A stretch of DNA of 64,000 bases from Schmidtea polychroa. Its lineage: Eukaryota. The stretch spans positions 16,990,001 through 17,054,000 of the forward strand of contig CM097885.1 in assembly GCA_044892525.1 (NCBI GenBank), in the 5' to 3' direction. A program made the translations under genes and the position numbers. The notes under the pieces are model-generated. The model was not told where the DNA came from and did not search any database. It saw only the letters and a program-made list of their open reading frames with translations. Positions 63,675 to 64,000 of this stretch are shown here, one piece after another (position 1 is the stretch's first letter; each line of letters opens with the position of its first letter).

Positions 63675-64000
63675 TGTTGGGCTGAAAACGAGAACTGAGA
63701 GTTTGTTTTAATCGATCGAAAATACCTAACACAAAAACCGCAAAGTTGAAAAAAATTTATGACCAAGGTTTAATTTAAAAATAAATAAAATAAACTACAT
63801 CACACATTAAGAATCAATAAACCCCGTATAATAGAATAAAGAGATAAATAAATTTAACAGAAAATTCAACACTTAAAAATTTAAATAGAAAAATAATAAA
63901 ATATAAAATGGAATTAGTCGAAAATTATTTAAACAATATAAAAATTAAATCGTCAAAAATAATAAAATTAATTAGCATTATGTAAATTGTAAAGTTTATA
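63675..64000 (+). mobile_element. Giant LTR-like element, copy E (5' end only; runs off the window)
   Basis: TGTTGGGCTGA start followed by the same A-rich U3-like tract; interrupts the Charlie transposase. Confidence 0.7.

Overview
Very AT-rich eukaryotic DNA with short GT-AG introns and abundant (ATT)n microsatellites. The composition and repeat content suggest a planarian-like invertebrate (inference only). Almost the whole window is nested mobile DNA. (1) 1-~5960: right-hand part of a Maverick/Polinton with an intact 1459-aa protein-primed PolB and a stand-alone duplicate of the PolB C-terminus. (2) 6537-20880: a fully delimited 14.3-kb Polinton with AGTAG...CTACT termini, ~165-bp TIRs and a 6-bp AGCGAC TSD, inserted in a hAT transposase gene. 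It encodes an integrase with chromodomain, a penton-hexon deletion fusion, an adenain protease, a pX-like protein, a multi-exon PolB and a spliced Bcl-2 homolog. (3) Five divergent copies of a 3.6-4.4-kb TGTTGGG...CA element, probably giant solo LTRs; the three complete copies have 4-bp TSDs. They carry a spliced gene for an unrecognised coiled-coil/Arg-rich protein, RNA structures with compensatory changes between copies, and a first exon duplicated at the end of intron 1. Together these suggest a possibly undescribed Rev/RRE-like regulatory and intron-regenerating system. (4) Also present: a decayed third PolB, a DEDDh exonuclease frame with two stops, a DnaJ exon, Gypsy and mariner scraps, and a nested stack of three hAT families. 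All calls come from reading the sequence by eye; no searches or folding were run.
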